This document shows positions 48,389 through 57,763 of a DNA stretch of 64,000 bases, one piece after another (position 1 is the first letter of the stretch; every line of letters starts with the position of its first letter). The notes below the pieces were generated by a model, which saw nothing but the letters and a program-made list of their open reading frames with translations, was not told the DNA's origin and did not search any database. Position numbers and translations under genes: made by a program. This DNA comes from Alphaproteobacteria bacterium (GTDB lineage Bacteria > Pseudomonadota > Alphaproteobacteria > UBA828), in NCBI GenBank assembly GCA_963667785.2, contig CAXXMU010000005.1, positions 352,001-416,000 of the forward strand, read 5' to 3'.

Positions 48389-48858
48389 CCGCCCGTCTCC
48401 TTCGGCGCGGGCGGCGGCGTGTCGTCGGCAGGCGCATCCGCTGCGGCCTCGGCCGGGGCAGGATCGGCGGGCGCGGAAGCCTCGGCCGCTGCGCCTGCGG
48501 CGTTCTCCGCCGGCGTCTCCTGGGGCGTCTCGGCGGGAGCGGGCGGCGCGGGCGCCTGTGGCGGCGGGGACGGCTCAAGCGGGGCGAAGTCGACACGCTC
48601 GGAAAAGACCCTGTCGGCCGGGTATGTTGCGAGGATCTCGTCGGTCACCGTGTTGCGCTCGGCGATGAACCAGTAGGAGGTGGCGGCGTGGCACCACCAT
48701 TCGCGGACGACGCCCGCCAGGTTCTCCTCCAGCCAGACGAACTCGGCCCACTCCTCGTTCGAGCAGCGGTTGGGGTCCGGGTGCGGCTCCACCGGGCCGG
48801 CGCAGATGAACTCCTGGATGTTGCGCGGCCCGTTGAGCGGGCAGGGCATGATCTTCAT
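48385..48858 (-). CDS. Sarcosine oxidase delta-like subunit (MgdB-like) with Pro/Ala-rich tail
   Basis: CPLNGPRN..EF, EWWCH and WFIAERNTVTDEI. Confidence 0.85.
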   Translation of the reverse strand: MKIMPCPLNGPRNIQEFICAGPVEPHPDPNRCSNEEWAEFVWLEENLAGVVREWWCHAATSYWFIAERNTVTDEILATYPADRVFSERVDFAPLEPSPPPQAPAPPAPAETPQETPAENAAGAAAEASAPADPAPAEAAADAPADDTPPPAPKETGG

Positions 48859-48877
48859 CGCCGCGCGCCCCCTCGCC

Positions 48878-50119
48878 CTAGTGCCCGACCGAGGCCGCGC
48901 CCTTCTCGCCCATCAGCGAGAAGTCGCGGAAGCGGTCGAGGTGGAAGGACTGGATCAGCGTGGGCACGCGCCCGGTGGCGATCAGCTCGGCCATGCGATT
49001 GCCGCAGACCGGCGTGGCCTTGAAGCCCCAGGTGCCCCAGCCGGAATCGATGTAGTAGTTCTCCACCGGGGTCAGCCCCATGACCGGCGCGAAGTCGGGC
49101 GTCATGTCGGTCATGCCGGCCCACTGCCTGAGCACCGGGACGTCGGACATGAAGGGGAAGAGCTCCAGGATGTGCGCCATCAGACCCTCCATGAAGTCGA
49201 GGGTCGACGAGGTCTGGTAGCGCGGGTAGGGGTCGGTCGCGCCCCCCATCACGAGCTCGCCCCGGTCGGACTGCGAGATGTACACGTGCAGGCTGCCCGA
49301 GACGATGATCGGGTCGAGGAAGGGCTTGAGCGGCAGCGAGACGCAGGCCTGCAGCGGCACGGTGCGGATCGGCAGCGTGAAGCCCGCGAGGCGGGCGACC
49401 TGGCCGCTGAGACCCGCCACCGCCTGCATCGCCTTGCCGCAGGCGACCGGCCCCCGCGTGGTCTCGAGGCCGGTGACGCGCCCGTTCTCCACGGCGATGC
49501 CCGTCACCTCGGTTTCGGTGTGGATCTCGACGCCGAGCTCCTGGGCGCGGCCGGCGTAGGCCCAGGCGACCGCATCGTGGCGGGCGAGCGCGCCGGGCGG
49601 ATGATAGAGCGCGCCGAGGACCGGGTGGCGGACCTCGTCCGACATGTTCAGCAGCGGCACCAGGCGGGCAAGCTCCTCGCGCCCCACCACCTCGGAATCG
49701 ACGCCGAGATGCTTGTTGACCTCGGCCCGCCAGCGCGAGGTGCGCATGGCCGCGTCGGAATGCGCGAGGGTGAAGTGCCCGCGTTCCGAATAGAGGATGT
49801 TGAAGTCGAGCTCCTCGCTGAGGCCGCGGTAGAGCCGCATCGACTCCTCGTAGAAGGCGACCCCTTCCGGCGTCAGGTAGTTGGAGCGGATGATGGCCGT
49901 GTTGCGGCCGGTGTTGCCACCGCCGAGCCAGCCCTTGTCGAACACGGCGACGTTGCGCACGCCGTGCTTCGCGGCGAGGTAGTAGGCGGTGGCGAGCCCG
50001 TGGCCGCCGCCGCCGATGATCGCCACGTCGTAGCTCGGCCGGAGCTCCGGCCGGGCGCTGAGGAAACGCTTCACCGGCCGGCGCCGGGAGAGGCCGTACT
50101 TCAGGAGGCCGAACGCCAT
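48878..50119 (-). CDS. Sarcosine oxidase beta-like subunit (MgdA-like)
   Basis: IIGGGGHGLATAYYLA, GNTGRNT.IIRSNY, ARHDAVAW and GWGTWGFKATP. Confidence 0.9.
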   Translation of the reverse strand: MAFGLLKYGLSRRRPVKRFLSARPELRPSYDVAIIGGGGHGLATAYYLAAKHGVRNVAVFDKGWLGGGNTGRNTAIIRSNYLTPEGVAFYEESMRLYRGLSEELDFNILYSERGHFTLAHSDAAMRTSRWRAEVNKHLGVDSEVVGREELARLVPLLNMSDEVRHPVLGALYHPPGALARHDAVAWAYAGRAQELGVEIHTETEVTGIAVENGRVTGLETTRGPVACGKAMQAVAGLSGQVARLAGFTLPIRTVPLQACVSLPLKPFLDPIIVSGSLHVYISQSDRGELVMGGATDPYPRYQTSSTLDFMEGLMAHILELFPFMSDVPVLRQWAGMTDMTPDFAPVMGLTPVENYYIDSGWGTWGFKATPVCGNRMAELIATGRVPTLIQSFHLDRFRDFSLMGEKGAASVGH

Positions 50120-50211
50120 CGTTCGTCGTCGTCGCTCAGATGCTGGCGGTTGATAGGCTCTTATGCGTGGCGCGGCAAGGCGTTGTCGATGACTTTATTG
50201 GCCCGACCGCT

Positions 50212-51171
50212 TCATTGGCCCGACCGCTCCGCCTCGTAGCGGGCGGCCTGCTCGCGCAGCCCCCGTGCGGTGCCGGCGTTGATCAGCACGAGGCTCACCA
50301 CCAGCACCGCGACCGCGGCCCAGACCCAGTGGCTGAGCGCGGCACCGAAGAAGATGCTCGCCCAGAAGATGCCGGCGGCGACCACCACGTAGTTGAGCTG
50401 GGCGAAGAAGAGGGCGCCGGCGCGGCGCACGATCTCGAAGAAGCAGCTATAGGTGATGGCCTGCCCGGCGGTGGCCCAGAGCAGGCCCCAGAGGCCGGAG
50501 GACGCGGCGTCGGTCGGCAGGAAGAAGTCGCCCTGGGCCAGCATCACGATGAGCAGCAGGAGTGCTGCCGTGATCATCATGCCGCCGCAGAGCGCGAACG
50601 CGCTCACCCCCACGGGCGAGAAGCGCGCGCCGGCGACGTTGTTGACCGCGGCCGAGAGCGGCATCAGCAGCGAGAACAGCACCCACACCCAGGCGCCGGA
50701 TTCCGGCAGGCTGCCGGTGGGCACGACGATGAGCAGGATGCCGCCGAAACCGAGCAGCACCCCGGCGACGCTCAGCCAGCGGAAGCGGTCGAACCGGAGC
50801 ACGAGCGTGAGCGAATAGGTGGTCGCCGGGATCAGCGCGGCGCAGAGCGTGAGCACGGCGGGCGGCAGCCGGTCGGCGACGTAGGTCACCACCAGCAGCG
50901 GGCCGAGGAAGCCGAAGACCGCGACCAGCCCGAAGACCCGCAAGTTCTCGCGCCGGAGCGACGGCGGCTTGGAGAAGATCGTGGCGAGCGCCAGCGTCAC
51001 CACGCCGGCGAAGAGCGCCTGCCAGAAGGAATAGGCGATGAAGGGAAAGCCCGCGTCGATCGCGATCTTGTTGGCGGTGAAGAGGCTGCCGTAGGAGATG
51101 CCGCCGAGCAACAGCAGCACGGTCGGCAGCAGGAGCTTGTTCTCGCGCAGGCGACTGAGGGCCGGGATCAT
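50212..51171 (-). CDS. DMT/EamA family transporter
   Basis: About 10 TM segments with a duplicated EamA pattern; FFEIVRRAGA.F..Q..Y. Confidence 0.85.
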   Translation of the reverse strand: MIPALSRLRENKLLLPTVLLLLGGISYGSLFTANKIAIDAGFPFIAYSFWQALFAGVVTLALATIFSKPPSLRRENLRVFGLVAVFGFLGPLLVVTYVADRLPPAVLTLCAALIPATTYSLTLVLRFDRFRWLSVAGVLLGFGGILLIVVPTGSLPESGAWVWVLFSLLMPLSAAVNNVAGARFSPVGVSAFALCGGMMITAALLLLIVMLAQGDFFLPTDAASSGLWGLLWATAGQAITYSCFFEIVRRAGALFFAQLNYVVVAAGIFWASIFFGAALSHWVWAAVAVLVVSLVLINAGTARGLREQAARYEAERSGQ

Positions 51172-51275
51172 GGCCAGCCGCTCCGGCGCACGGCCCGGAT
51201 GGCAGTGCGGAGCCCTGCGGTGAGCGCTGGCGCGTGCCGGGGGTCAGGCAAGAGGCGTGGCCGGGCGTTGCGGCC

Positions 51276-51350
51276 TGGTGGGCGCTCCTGGGATCGAACC
51301 AGGGACCTCTTGCATGTCAAGCAAGCGCTCTCCCCCTGAGCTAAGCGCCC
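51276..51350 (-). tRNA. tRNA-Val(GAC)
   Basis: GGGCGCTTAGCTCAG...CTTGCTT-GAC-ATGCAAG...GGTTCGATCC...ACCA; 75 nt. Confidence 0.97.
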
Positions 51351-51457
51351 GTGCTGCCGTCCGGCTCGCTTACCACCGCCCGCGCGGCATTGGCAAGGGC
51401 GGGGGTGCGGCGGCGGTGCGGATGACAAGGCGCGGCTTTTGCTCTAAACGGCGAGGG

Positions 51458-52375
51458 ATGAGCGGACGACGACAAGCCGCCCGACGCAGCCCCGCGACGG
51501 CCCCGGCGGCGGCGGTCAACGGGGTCATCGACCTCCGCCTGCCGTCGTGCCAGAGCGCGCCGCTCATCTTCGCCTCCCCCCACAGCGGCACGCGGTACGA
51601 CCCGGCGTTCATCGCGAGCTCCCGGCTCGACGAGAAAAACCTCAGGCGCTCGGAGGACAGCTTCGTCGACGAGATCTTCGCCGCCGCGCCGAAGAGCGGG
51701 GCGCCGCTCCTCTGCGCGCTCTATCCGAGGGCCTATCTCGATCCCAACCGCGAGCCCTACGAGCTCGACCCGGAGATGTTCACCGAGCCGCTGCCGAGCC
51801 ACGTGAAGAGCCGCTCCGACCGGGTGCGCGCGGGCTTCGGCACTATCGCCCGCCTCGTCGCCTCGGGCGCCGAGATCTACGCGGCGAAGATGTCCTACGC
51901 CGAGGCCGAGCGCCGCATCGACGAGCTCTACCGGCCCTACCACCGGGCGCTCGAGGGCCTGATCGAGACGACGCTGCGCGACTTCGGCGCGGCGTTCCTG
52001 TTCGACTGCCACTCGATGCCCTCGGTCGGCGGGCCGACCGACCGCGACCGCGGCACGCCGCGCCCCGACATCGTGCTGGGCGACCGCTTCGGCGCCTCCT
52101 GCGAGCCCCGAGTGATCGAGACGGCGGAGCGCATCCTCCGCGATCTCGACTTCTCGGTCAGGCGCAACGAGCCCTATGCCGGCGCCTTCACCACCGCCCA
52201 TTACGGGCGGCCCGGCCAGCGCGTCCACGCGATCCAGATCGAGGTGAACCGCCGCCTCTACATGAACGAGGCCACCGTCGCCCGCTCCCGCGACCTGCCC
52301 CGGCTCAAGCGGAAGATGAACCGCTTCATCGCCGCGATGGCGGAGGAGAGCCTGGCTCTCGTGGAGACTCTCTGA
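51458..52375 (+). CDS. N-formylglutamate amidohydrolase family
   Basis: SPHSG, EDSFVD, RAYLDPNRE, DCHSMPS, LGDRFG and QIEVNR. Confidence 0.9.
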   Translation: MSGRRQAARRSPATAPAAAVNGVIDLRLPSCQSAPLIFASPHSGTRYDPAFIASSRLDEKNLRRSEDSFVDEIFAAAPKSGAPLLCALYPRAYLDPNREPYELDPEMFTEPLPSHVKSRSDRVRAGFGTIARLVASGAEIYAAKMSYAEAERRIDELYRPYHRALEGLIETTLRDFGAAFLFDCHSMPSVGGPTDRDRGTPRPDIVLGDRFGASCEPRVIETAERILRDLDFSVRRNEPYAGAFTTAHYGRPGQRVHAIQIEVNRRLYMNEATVARSRDLPRLKRKMNRFIAAMAEESLALVETL

Positions 52376-52470
52376 GCGCGTCCGCATCTGTTGTACGGGC
52401 GCCGTCCCTGGAATTATGATGAGCCGACGGCGGCGCAAGGCCGCCCGGACATTTCGCACGGGAGCAGACC

Positions 52471-53718
52471 ATGAGACTGAGCCGCAGACAGTTCTTCCAG
52501 GCCTCATCCGGCGCACTGGCCTTCGCCAGCCTGCCACACGTGCTGCGGCGCGCCGGCATCGCCGCCGAGGACCCGATCAAGGTCGGCAACATCCTCGACC
52601 GCACCGGGATCCTCAACATCTACAGCCTGAAGCAGATCCAGGCGACGGCGATGGCGGTGGACGAGATCAACGCCGCCGGCGGCTTGCTCGGCCGGCCGCT
52701 GGAGCTGGTGTTCTACGATTCCCAGTCCGACGGCCAGTACAACTCCCAGTACGTCACCGAGGCGCTGGTCAAGGACAAGTGCGTGGTGGTGCACGGCGGC
52801 ATCACCAGCTCCTCGCGCGAGGTGATGCGCCCCATCGTCAACCGCTTCAAGGGCCTGCTCTTCTACAACTCGCTCTACGAGGGCGGCGTCTGCGACCGGC
52901 GCCACGTCTCGACCGGGATGGTGCCGGCGCAGCAGCTCGAGCCGCTCTTCGACTACGTGGTGAACGAGCTCGGCGGCAAGCGCACCTACATCCTCGCCGC
53001 CGACTACAACTACGGCCACATCACGTCCAAGTGGATGCAGAAGTTCACCCGCGACAACGGCGGCGAGGACTTGGCGGTCGAGTTCTTCCCGCTCGACGTC
53101 ACCAACTTCCAGCCGGCGATCTCGCGCATCCAGGCGGCCAAGCCCGACGTGGTCATGTCCGCGCTGGTGGGCGGCGCGCACATCGCCTTCTACCGCCAGT
53201 TCGAGGCCTCCATCGGCAAGGACAACATGATGCTGGCGTCGGGCTCCTACGGCGTCGGCCTCGAGCACACCCAGCTCAGCCCCGAGGAGGGCAACGGCAT
53301 CATCCTCGCCACCTCCTTCGTGGACGATCTCGACACGGCCGAGGCCAAGGACTTCGTGAGCCGCTTCCACGCCTATACCGGCGATACCGGCTATGTCGGC
53401 GAGTACGGCGAATACGGCGAGCGCGGGGTCAAGGTCTGGGCCGAGGCGGTGCGCCAGGCGGGCGACGCCAGCTCGGACGCCGTGATCGAGGCGCTGGCGT
53501 CGGGCAACGTCAGCGTCGTCGGCGCAGGCGGGCAGTACACCGTGGACGGGCAGACCAACCACACGACCATGGACATTCACATCGTCCGCGGCAACATGTC
53601 CCAGACCTTCGACGTGATCCGCTCGTTCTCGCAGCGCCCGCCGCTGGACACGCAGCAGGTCTGCGATCTCCACGCCAACCCGGACGACAAGACCCAGTAC
53701 GAGGTCGAGGTCGAGTAG
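52471..53718 (+). CDS. Amide/urea ABC transporter substrate-binding protein (AmiC/UrtA/FmdD family), Tat signal
   Basis: SRRQF twin-Arg motif, GGITSSSRE, LYEGG and DYNYG. Confidence 0.9.
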   Translation: MRLSRRQFFQASSGALAFASLPHVLRRAGIAAEDPIKVGNILDRTGILNIYSLKQIQATAMAVDEINAAGGLLGRPLELVFYDSQSDGQYNSQYVTEALVKDKCVVVHGGITSSSREVMRPIVNRFKGLLFYNSLYEGGVCDRRHVSTGMVPAQQLEPLFDYVVNELGGKRTYILAADYNYGHITSKWMQKFTRDNGGEDLAVEFFPLDVTNFQPAISRIQAAKPDVVMSALVGGAHIAFYRQFEASIGKDNMMLASGSYGVGLEHTQLSPEEGNGIILATSFVDDLDTAEAKDFVSRFHAYTGDTGYVGEYGEYGERGVKVWAEAVRQAGDASSDAVIEALASGNVSVVGAGGQYTVDGQTNHTTMDIHIVRGNMSQTFDVIRSFSQRPPLDTQQVCDLHANPDDKTQYEVEVE

Positions 53719-53932
53719 GAGGCGGGGAGTCGGGACATCGCCGTCGCCGCTGCGTCCCGCCGCGTCGGGCCGCAGCATGACGGCGGCATGACGACGACGT
53801 GACGGCAGCGGCGGTGCCCGGAGGCTAGAGAAGGCGAACGCCGGCGGCGCACCGTGCCGCCGGCGGCCCGCCCGGCGTTCGGATGCGTGCGTTCCGCCAC
53901 GGCTCGGCCGGCCGGGGCGGCGGGGGTGACGA

Positions 53933-54793
53933 GTGGATCAGGTCGCGAACTATCTCTTCCAGATCGGCTTTTCCTTCTCGATCTTCATCCTGATCAGCCT
54001 CGGGCTCGCGGTCATCTTCGGCATGATGCGGGTCATCAACCTGGCGCAGGGCGAGTTCCTCATGCTCGGCGCCTACTTCTGCACGCTCTGCAACCACTTC
54101 GGCATCAACCTCTGGCTCTCGTTCATCCTGTCGGCGCTGGCCGTCGGCGTCTTCGGCATCATCGTCGAGCGCCTGGTCATCCAGTGGCTCTACGGCCGCA
54201 TCATCGACACGCTGCTGGCCACTTGGGGGCTGAGCCTGCTGCTCGTCGGCGGCGTCACCACGATCTTCGGCCCCCAGACCGAGAGCGTCGCCGCGCCGCT
54301 CGGCAACGTCCAGGTGGGCGCCTTCGGCTTCCCCATCTACGGCCTCGTGATGATGGCGATCGCCGTGGCGGCGCTGGCTGCGGTCTATGCCTTCTGGCGC
54401 TTCACCCGCTACGGGCTGATCGTGCGCGGCACCATGCAGAACCCGACGATCTCCGCCGCGCTGGGGGTAAACCGCAGCCTCGTCTACATGCTCACCTTCG
54501 CCTTCGGCTCGGCGCTCACGGGCCTCGCCGGCGCGGTTCTGGCGCCCATCGTCGGCGCCTATCCCACGCTCGGCATCGTCTACATCGCCAAGGCCTTCAT
54601 CACGGTCATCAGCGGCGGCCACCTGCCGCTGGTCGGCACGGTGAGCGCGTCCGGCCTCTTCAGCACCATCGACGGCATCGTCGCCACCGTCTCCAGCTCG
54701 GTGATCGGCGAGATGACGGTGCTCTTCGTCGCCATCATCCTGCTGAGGCTGCTGCCGCTCGGCATCACCGGGCGCATGACGAGGGGCGTCTGA
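53933..54793 (+). CDS. Amide/urea ABC permease (UrtB/LivH-like)
   Basis: GLAVIFGMMRVINLAQGEF and LLATWG. Confidence 0.9.
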   Translation: MDQVANYLFQIGFSFSIFILISLGLAVIFGMMRVINLAQGEFLMLGAYFCTLCNHFGINLWLSFILSALAVGVFGIIVERLVIQWLYGRIIDTLLATWGLSLLLVGGVTTIFGPQTESVAAPLGNVQVGAFGFPIYGLVMMAIAVAALAAVYAFWRFTRYGLIVRGTMQNPTISAALGVNRSLVYMLTFAFGSALTGLAGAVLAPIVGAYPTLGIVYIAKAFITVISGGHLPLVGTVSASGLFSTIDGIVATVSSSVIGEMTVLFVAIILLRLLPLGITGRMTRGV

Positions 54794-54796
54794 GCG

Positions 54797-55894
54797 ATGA
54801 TCCACGGCATCGCGCTCATGCAGCACCCGAGCAAGCGGCCCAGATGGTGGTGGTGGGTCTTCATCGCGGGCCTCGCCGCCTTCTTCATCACCATGCCCTT
54901 CCACCTGGAAATCTTCGTCATCCTGGAGATGTCGCGCTTCTTCGGCATGGCGATGCTCGCGCTCAGCATGGGCTTCCTCTGGGGCTTCAGCGGCATCCTG
55001 AGCTTCGGGCAGACGGCGTTCTTCGGGCTCGGCGGCTACGGCTTCACCGTGCTCGCGCTGAATACGGGCGAGACCACGGGCTCGGTCTTCTTCGCCGTCG
55101 CCATCGCCGCCGCCGGCGCCGGCATCCTCGGCTACTTCATGATCTACGGCCGCATCAGCGAGATCTATCTGAGCGTCATCACCCTGGTCTTCACCCTGAT
55201 CCTGGAGAAGGGCATCCGCGCCACCTCGGGCGACCAGTACGTCATCGGCAAGGTGCGGCTGAACGGGCAGAACGGGATCCCCACGGTGCCGCAGCTCGAC
55301 GTGCCGTGGAACCCGTCGGTCCAGCTCGACATCAACTGGTTCTTCTGGACCGGCGCCGTGCTCATGATCCTGGTCTATGTCGGGCTCCGGCTCGTCCTCA
55401 CCACGCCCTTCGGCCGGGTGCTGGTGGGGATCCGCGAGAACGAACGCAGGACCGAGCTGCTGGGCTACGACACGCGGCGCTACAAGCTCGCGGCCTTCAT
55501 GCTGGCGGGCGGGGTGGCGGGCTTGGGCGGCGCCTTCTACGCGATCTCGATTCCGCTGGCGCACCCGGAGATGTTCAGCCTGGGCCGCGCCGCCGACGTC
55601 ATCATGTGGGTGCTGGTGGGCGGCAGGGGGACGCTCATCGGGCCGATCGCCGGGGTTTTCGCCATCGAGCACTTCAAGGGCTGGCTCGGCACCCAGGGGG
55701 TGGGCCAGGTGACGCTGGTGCTGGGCACGGTGCTGATCCTCTTCGTCCTGGTCTTCCACAAGGGCCTGCTGCCGAGCGTCGGCTCGCTGCCGGGCCTCTG
55801 GGTGGATCGCGCGACAATCCGGCGCAGGCTGGGCGAGGCGATGGGCGGGCTGGTCCCGCGCGGCCGCCCGCCGGGCACGGGAGGTCGCCCGTGA
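54797..55894 (+). CDS. Amide/urea ABC permease (UrtC/LivM-like)
   Basis: WGFSGILSFGQ, GIRENE and GGRGTLIGP. Confidence 0.9.
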   Translation: MIHGIALMQHPSKRPRWWWWVFIAGLAAFFITMPFHLEIFVILEMSRFFGMAMLALSMGFLWGFSGILSFGQTAFFGLGGYGFTVLALNTGETTGSVFFAVAIAAAGAGILGYFMIYGRISEIYLSVITLVFTLILEKGIRATSGDQYVIGKVRLNGQNGIPTVPQLDVPWNPSVQLDINWFFWTGAVLMILVYVGLRLVLTTPFGRVLVGIRENERRTELLGYDTRRYKLAAFMLAGGVAGLGGAFYAISIPLAHPEMFSLGRAADVIMWVLVGGRGTLIGPIAGVFAIEHFKGWLGTQGVGQVTLVLGTVLILFVLVFHKGLLPSVGSLPGLWVDRATIRRRLGEAMGGLVPRGRPPGTGGRP

Positions 55895-56631
55895 GCGAGG
55901 CAGTGCGCCAGGACGAGGTGATCCTCGAGACGAAGGCGCTCGAAAAACGCTTCGGCGGGGTGAGCGCCATCGCCGGCGTGGACTTCTCGCTCCGGCGGGG
56001 CGAGCTGCGCTGCCTGATCGGCCCCAACGGCGCCGGCAAGAGCACCTTCTTCAAGATGCTCACCGCCCAGCTCAGGCCGTCGGCCGGGCAAATCCTCTTC
56101 GACGGCCGCGACATCAGCCGCGCGCACCCGCACGAGATCTCGCGGCTCGGCATCGGCATCAAGAACCAGGTGCCGGACGTCTACGACGGCATCACCGTGG
56201 ACGAGAACCTGTGGCTGGCCGCGCGCTTCCGCCACGGCACGAAGGCCGCGCGCGCCAAGGTGGACGAAACGCTCGACCGGCTCGAGCTCGGCGACATCCG
56301 CTGGCAGATGCTGGGCGCGCTCGCCCACGGCCAGCGCCAGTGGGTCGAGTTCGGCATGCTCATGGCGCTGGAGCCCAGCGTGATCCTGCTCGACGAGCCG
56401 ACCGCCGGCATGAGCATCGAGGAGACCAACCGCACGGCGGCGCTGATCCGCGAGGTGAACCGGACCACGACCATCGTCGTGGTCGAGCACGACATGCAGT
56501 TCATCCGCCAGATCGCCGACATCGTCACCGTGTTCCACCAGGGCCGCATCCTGGCCGAGGACAGCATGGCGCGCATTCAGGCCGACCAGGCGGTGCGCGA
56601 GGTCTATCTGGGAGCGTCGGGTCTTGCTTGA
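55891..56631 (+). CDS. ABC ATP-binding protein (UrtD/LivG-like)
   Basis: GPNGAGKST, LAHGQRQWVE, LDEPTAG and VEHDM. Confidence 0.9.
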   Translation: MSEAVRQDEVILETKALEKRFGGVSAIAGVDFSLRRGELRCLIGPNGAGKSTFFKMLTAQLRPSAGQILFDGRDISRAHPHEISRLGIGIKNQVPDVYDGITVDENLWLAARFRHGTKAARAKVDETLDRLELGDIRWQMLGALAHGQRQWVEFGMLMALEPSVILLDEPTAGMSIEETNRTAALIREVNRTTTIVVVEHDMQFIRQIADIVTVFHQGRILAEDSMARIQADQAVREVYLGASGLA

Positions 56632-57316
56632 GGTGGAGGGCCTCGCCGCCGGCTACGGCCGCATCCCGATCCTGAACGGCATCGACTTCGAGATCGGGCG
56701 GGGCGAGATCGTGGGCGTGCTCGGCCACAACGGCATGGGCAAGACGACGCTGCTCCGCACGCTGACGGGCGAGATCAGGGCCACCGGCGGCGCCATCCGC
56801 TTCGAGGGCGCCGACATCACCCGGCTCGCCATGCACCGCCGCGCCCGGCTCGGCATCGGCTACGTGCCGCAGGGCCGCGACATCTACCCGCAGCTCAGCG
56901 TCATGGACAACCTGCGCATGGGGGAGATCGTCAGGCGCGGCCAGAGCGCGGTGCCGGAGCTGCTGGACTACTTCCCGGTGCTGCAGGCGCTCACGGAGCG
57001 GCCGGGCCGCGCGCTCTCCGGCGGCGAGCAGCAGATCCTGGCGCTCGCCCGCTGCCTCGCCGGCCGGCCGCGGCTGCTGCTGCTCGACGAGCCCACCGAG
57101 GGTATCCAGCCCTCCATCGTCGACCAGATCCAGGCCAAGCTCGCCGAGCTCGCCAAGGCGCTGGACCTCACCGTCCTGCTGGTGGAGCAGAACCTGCGCT
57201 TCATCGCCGCGCTCGCGGAGCGCGTGCTCATCATGCAGAAGGGCACCATCGTCGCCACCATCACGCCGGAGCAGCTCTCCGACCAGGCGATCGTGGACGA
57301 GTATCTGGGCATCTGA
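56624..57316 (+). CDS. ABC ATP-binding protein (UrtE/LivF-like)
   Basis: GHNGMGKTT, YVPQGR, LSGGEQQ and LDEPTEGIQPS. Confidence 0.9.
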   Translation: MLEVEGLAAGYGRIPILNGIDFEIGRGEIVGVLGHNGMGKTTLLRTLTGEIRATGGAIRFEGADITRLAMHRRARLGIGYVPQGRDIYPQLSVMDNLRMGEIVRRGQSAVPELLDYFPVLQALTERPGRALSGGEQQILALARCLAGRPRLLLLDEPTEGIQPSIVDQIQAKLAELAKALDLTVLLVEQNLRFIAALAERVLIMQKGTIVATITPEQLSDQAIVDEYLGI

Positions 57317-57624
57317 CGGCCGGGCGTCTTTCACCCCGGACCATGGTGCGGTGCAGGGCGCGCAGCGGGCGTGCGACGATCGCGCCATGCAGTGCGTGAG
57401 AGAACGGGGCGGGGCAGACGGGGCGACGGGGGGAGCCGCCCGGCGCCACCCCGCGGTCGTGGGATTCATCCCGGAAACCCGCTCGGATATCCCAGCGGAA
57501 TCCCACCTTCTTCGGAAAATGTCCCGCGCGGAATCCCTTGCTATCCCGGCGAATCCCGTCAGGGAGGGGGCACTGCCGAATCCCACTTTCGCGCCGCGCT
57601 CCTGCCTGCCCCGCGCGAGACGCT

Positions 57625-57672
57625 GTGCCGCATAAAGTGCCGCGTTGTGCCGGATTGTGCCGGATTGTGCCG
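57625..57672. repeat. Phased short direct repeats (GTGCCG x5, 10-12 bp period)
   Basis: GTGCCG at 57625, 57637, 57647, 57657 and 57667, followed by AT-rich TAAAAAATTAATTTA. Confidence 0.7.
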
Positions 57673-57763
57673 CCTAAAAAATTAATTTACCGGCTGTGCC
57701 ACTTTGCGCCCCCGTCGCCCGGCCGCGGGTCGCGCCGGCCATGACCCCGGCGAGAAACGCGGG

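Noticed and set aside
39806-48676. Very long ORFs of 982, 1004 and 995 aa
   Set aside because: Antisense or alternate-frame shadows of mmsA/ald and the alpha subunit; Arg/Gly/Pro-rich or motif-free.
51200-51276. Island at tRNA-Val
   Set aside because: No integrase, att duplication or composition shift next to it.
57625-57672. CRISPR array
   Set aside because: Units are ~10 bp with no spacers and no cas genes; no CRISPR array is seen anywhere in the window.
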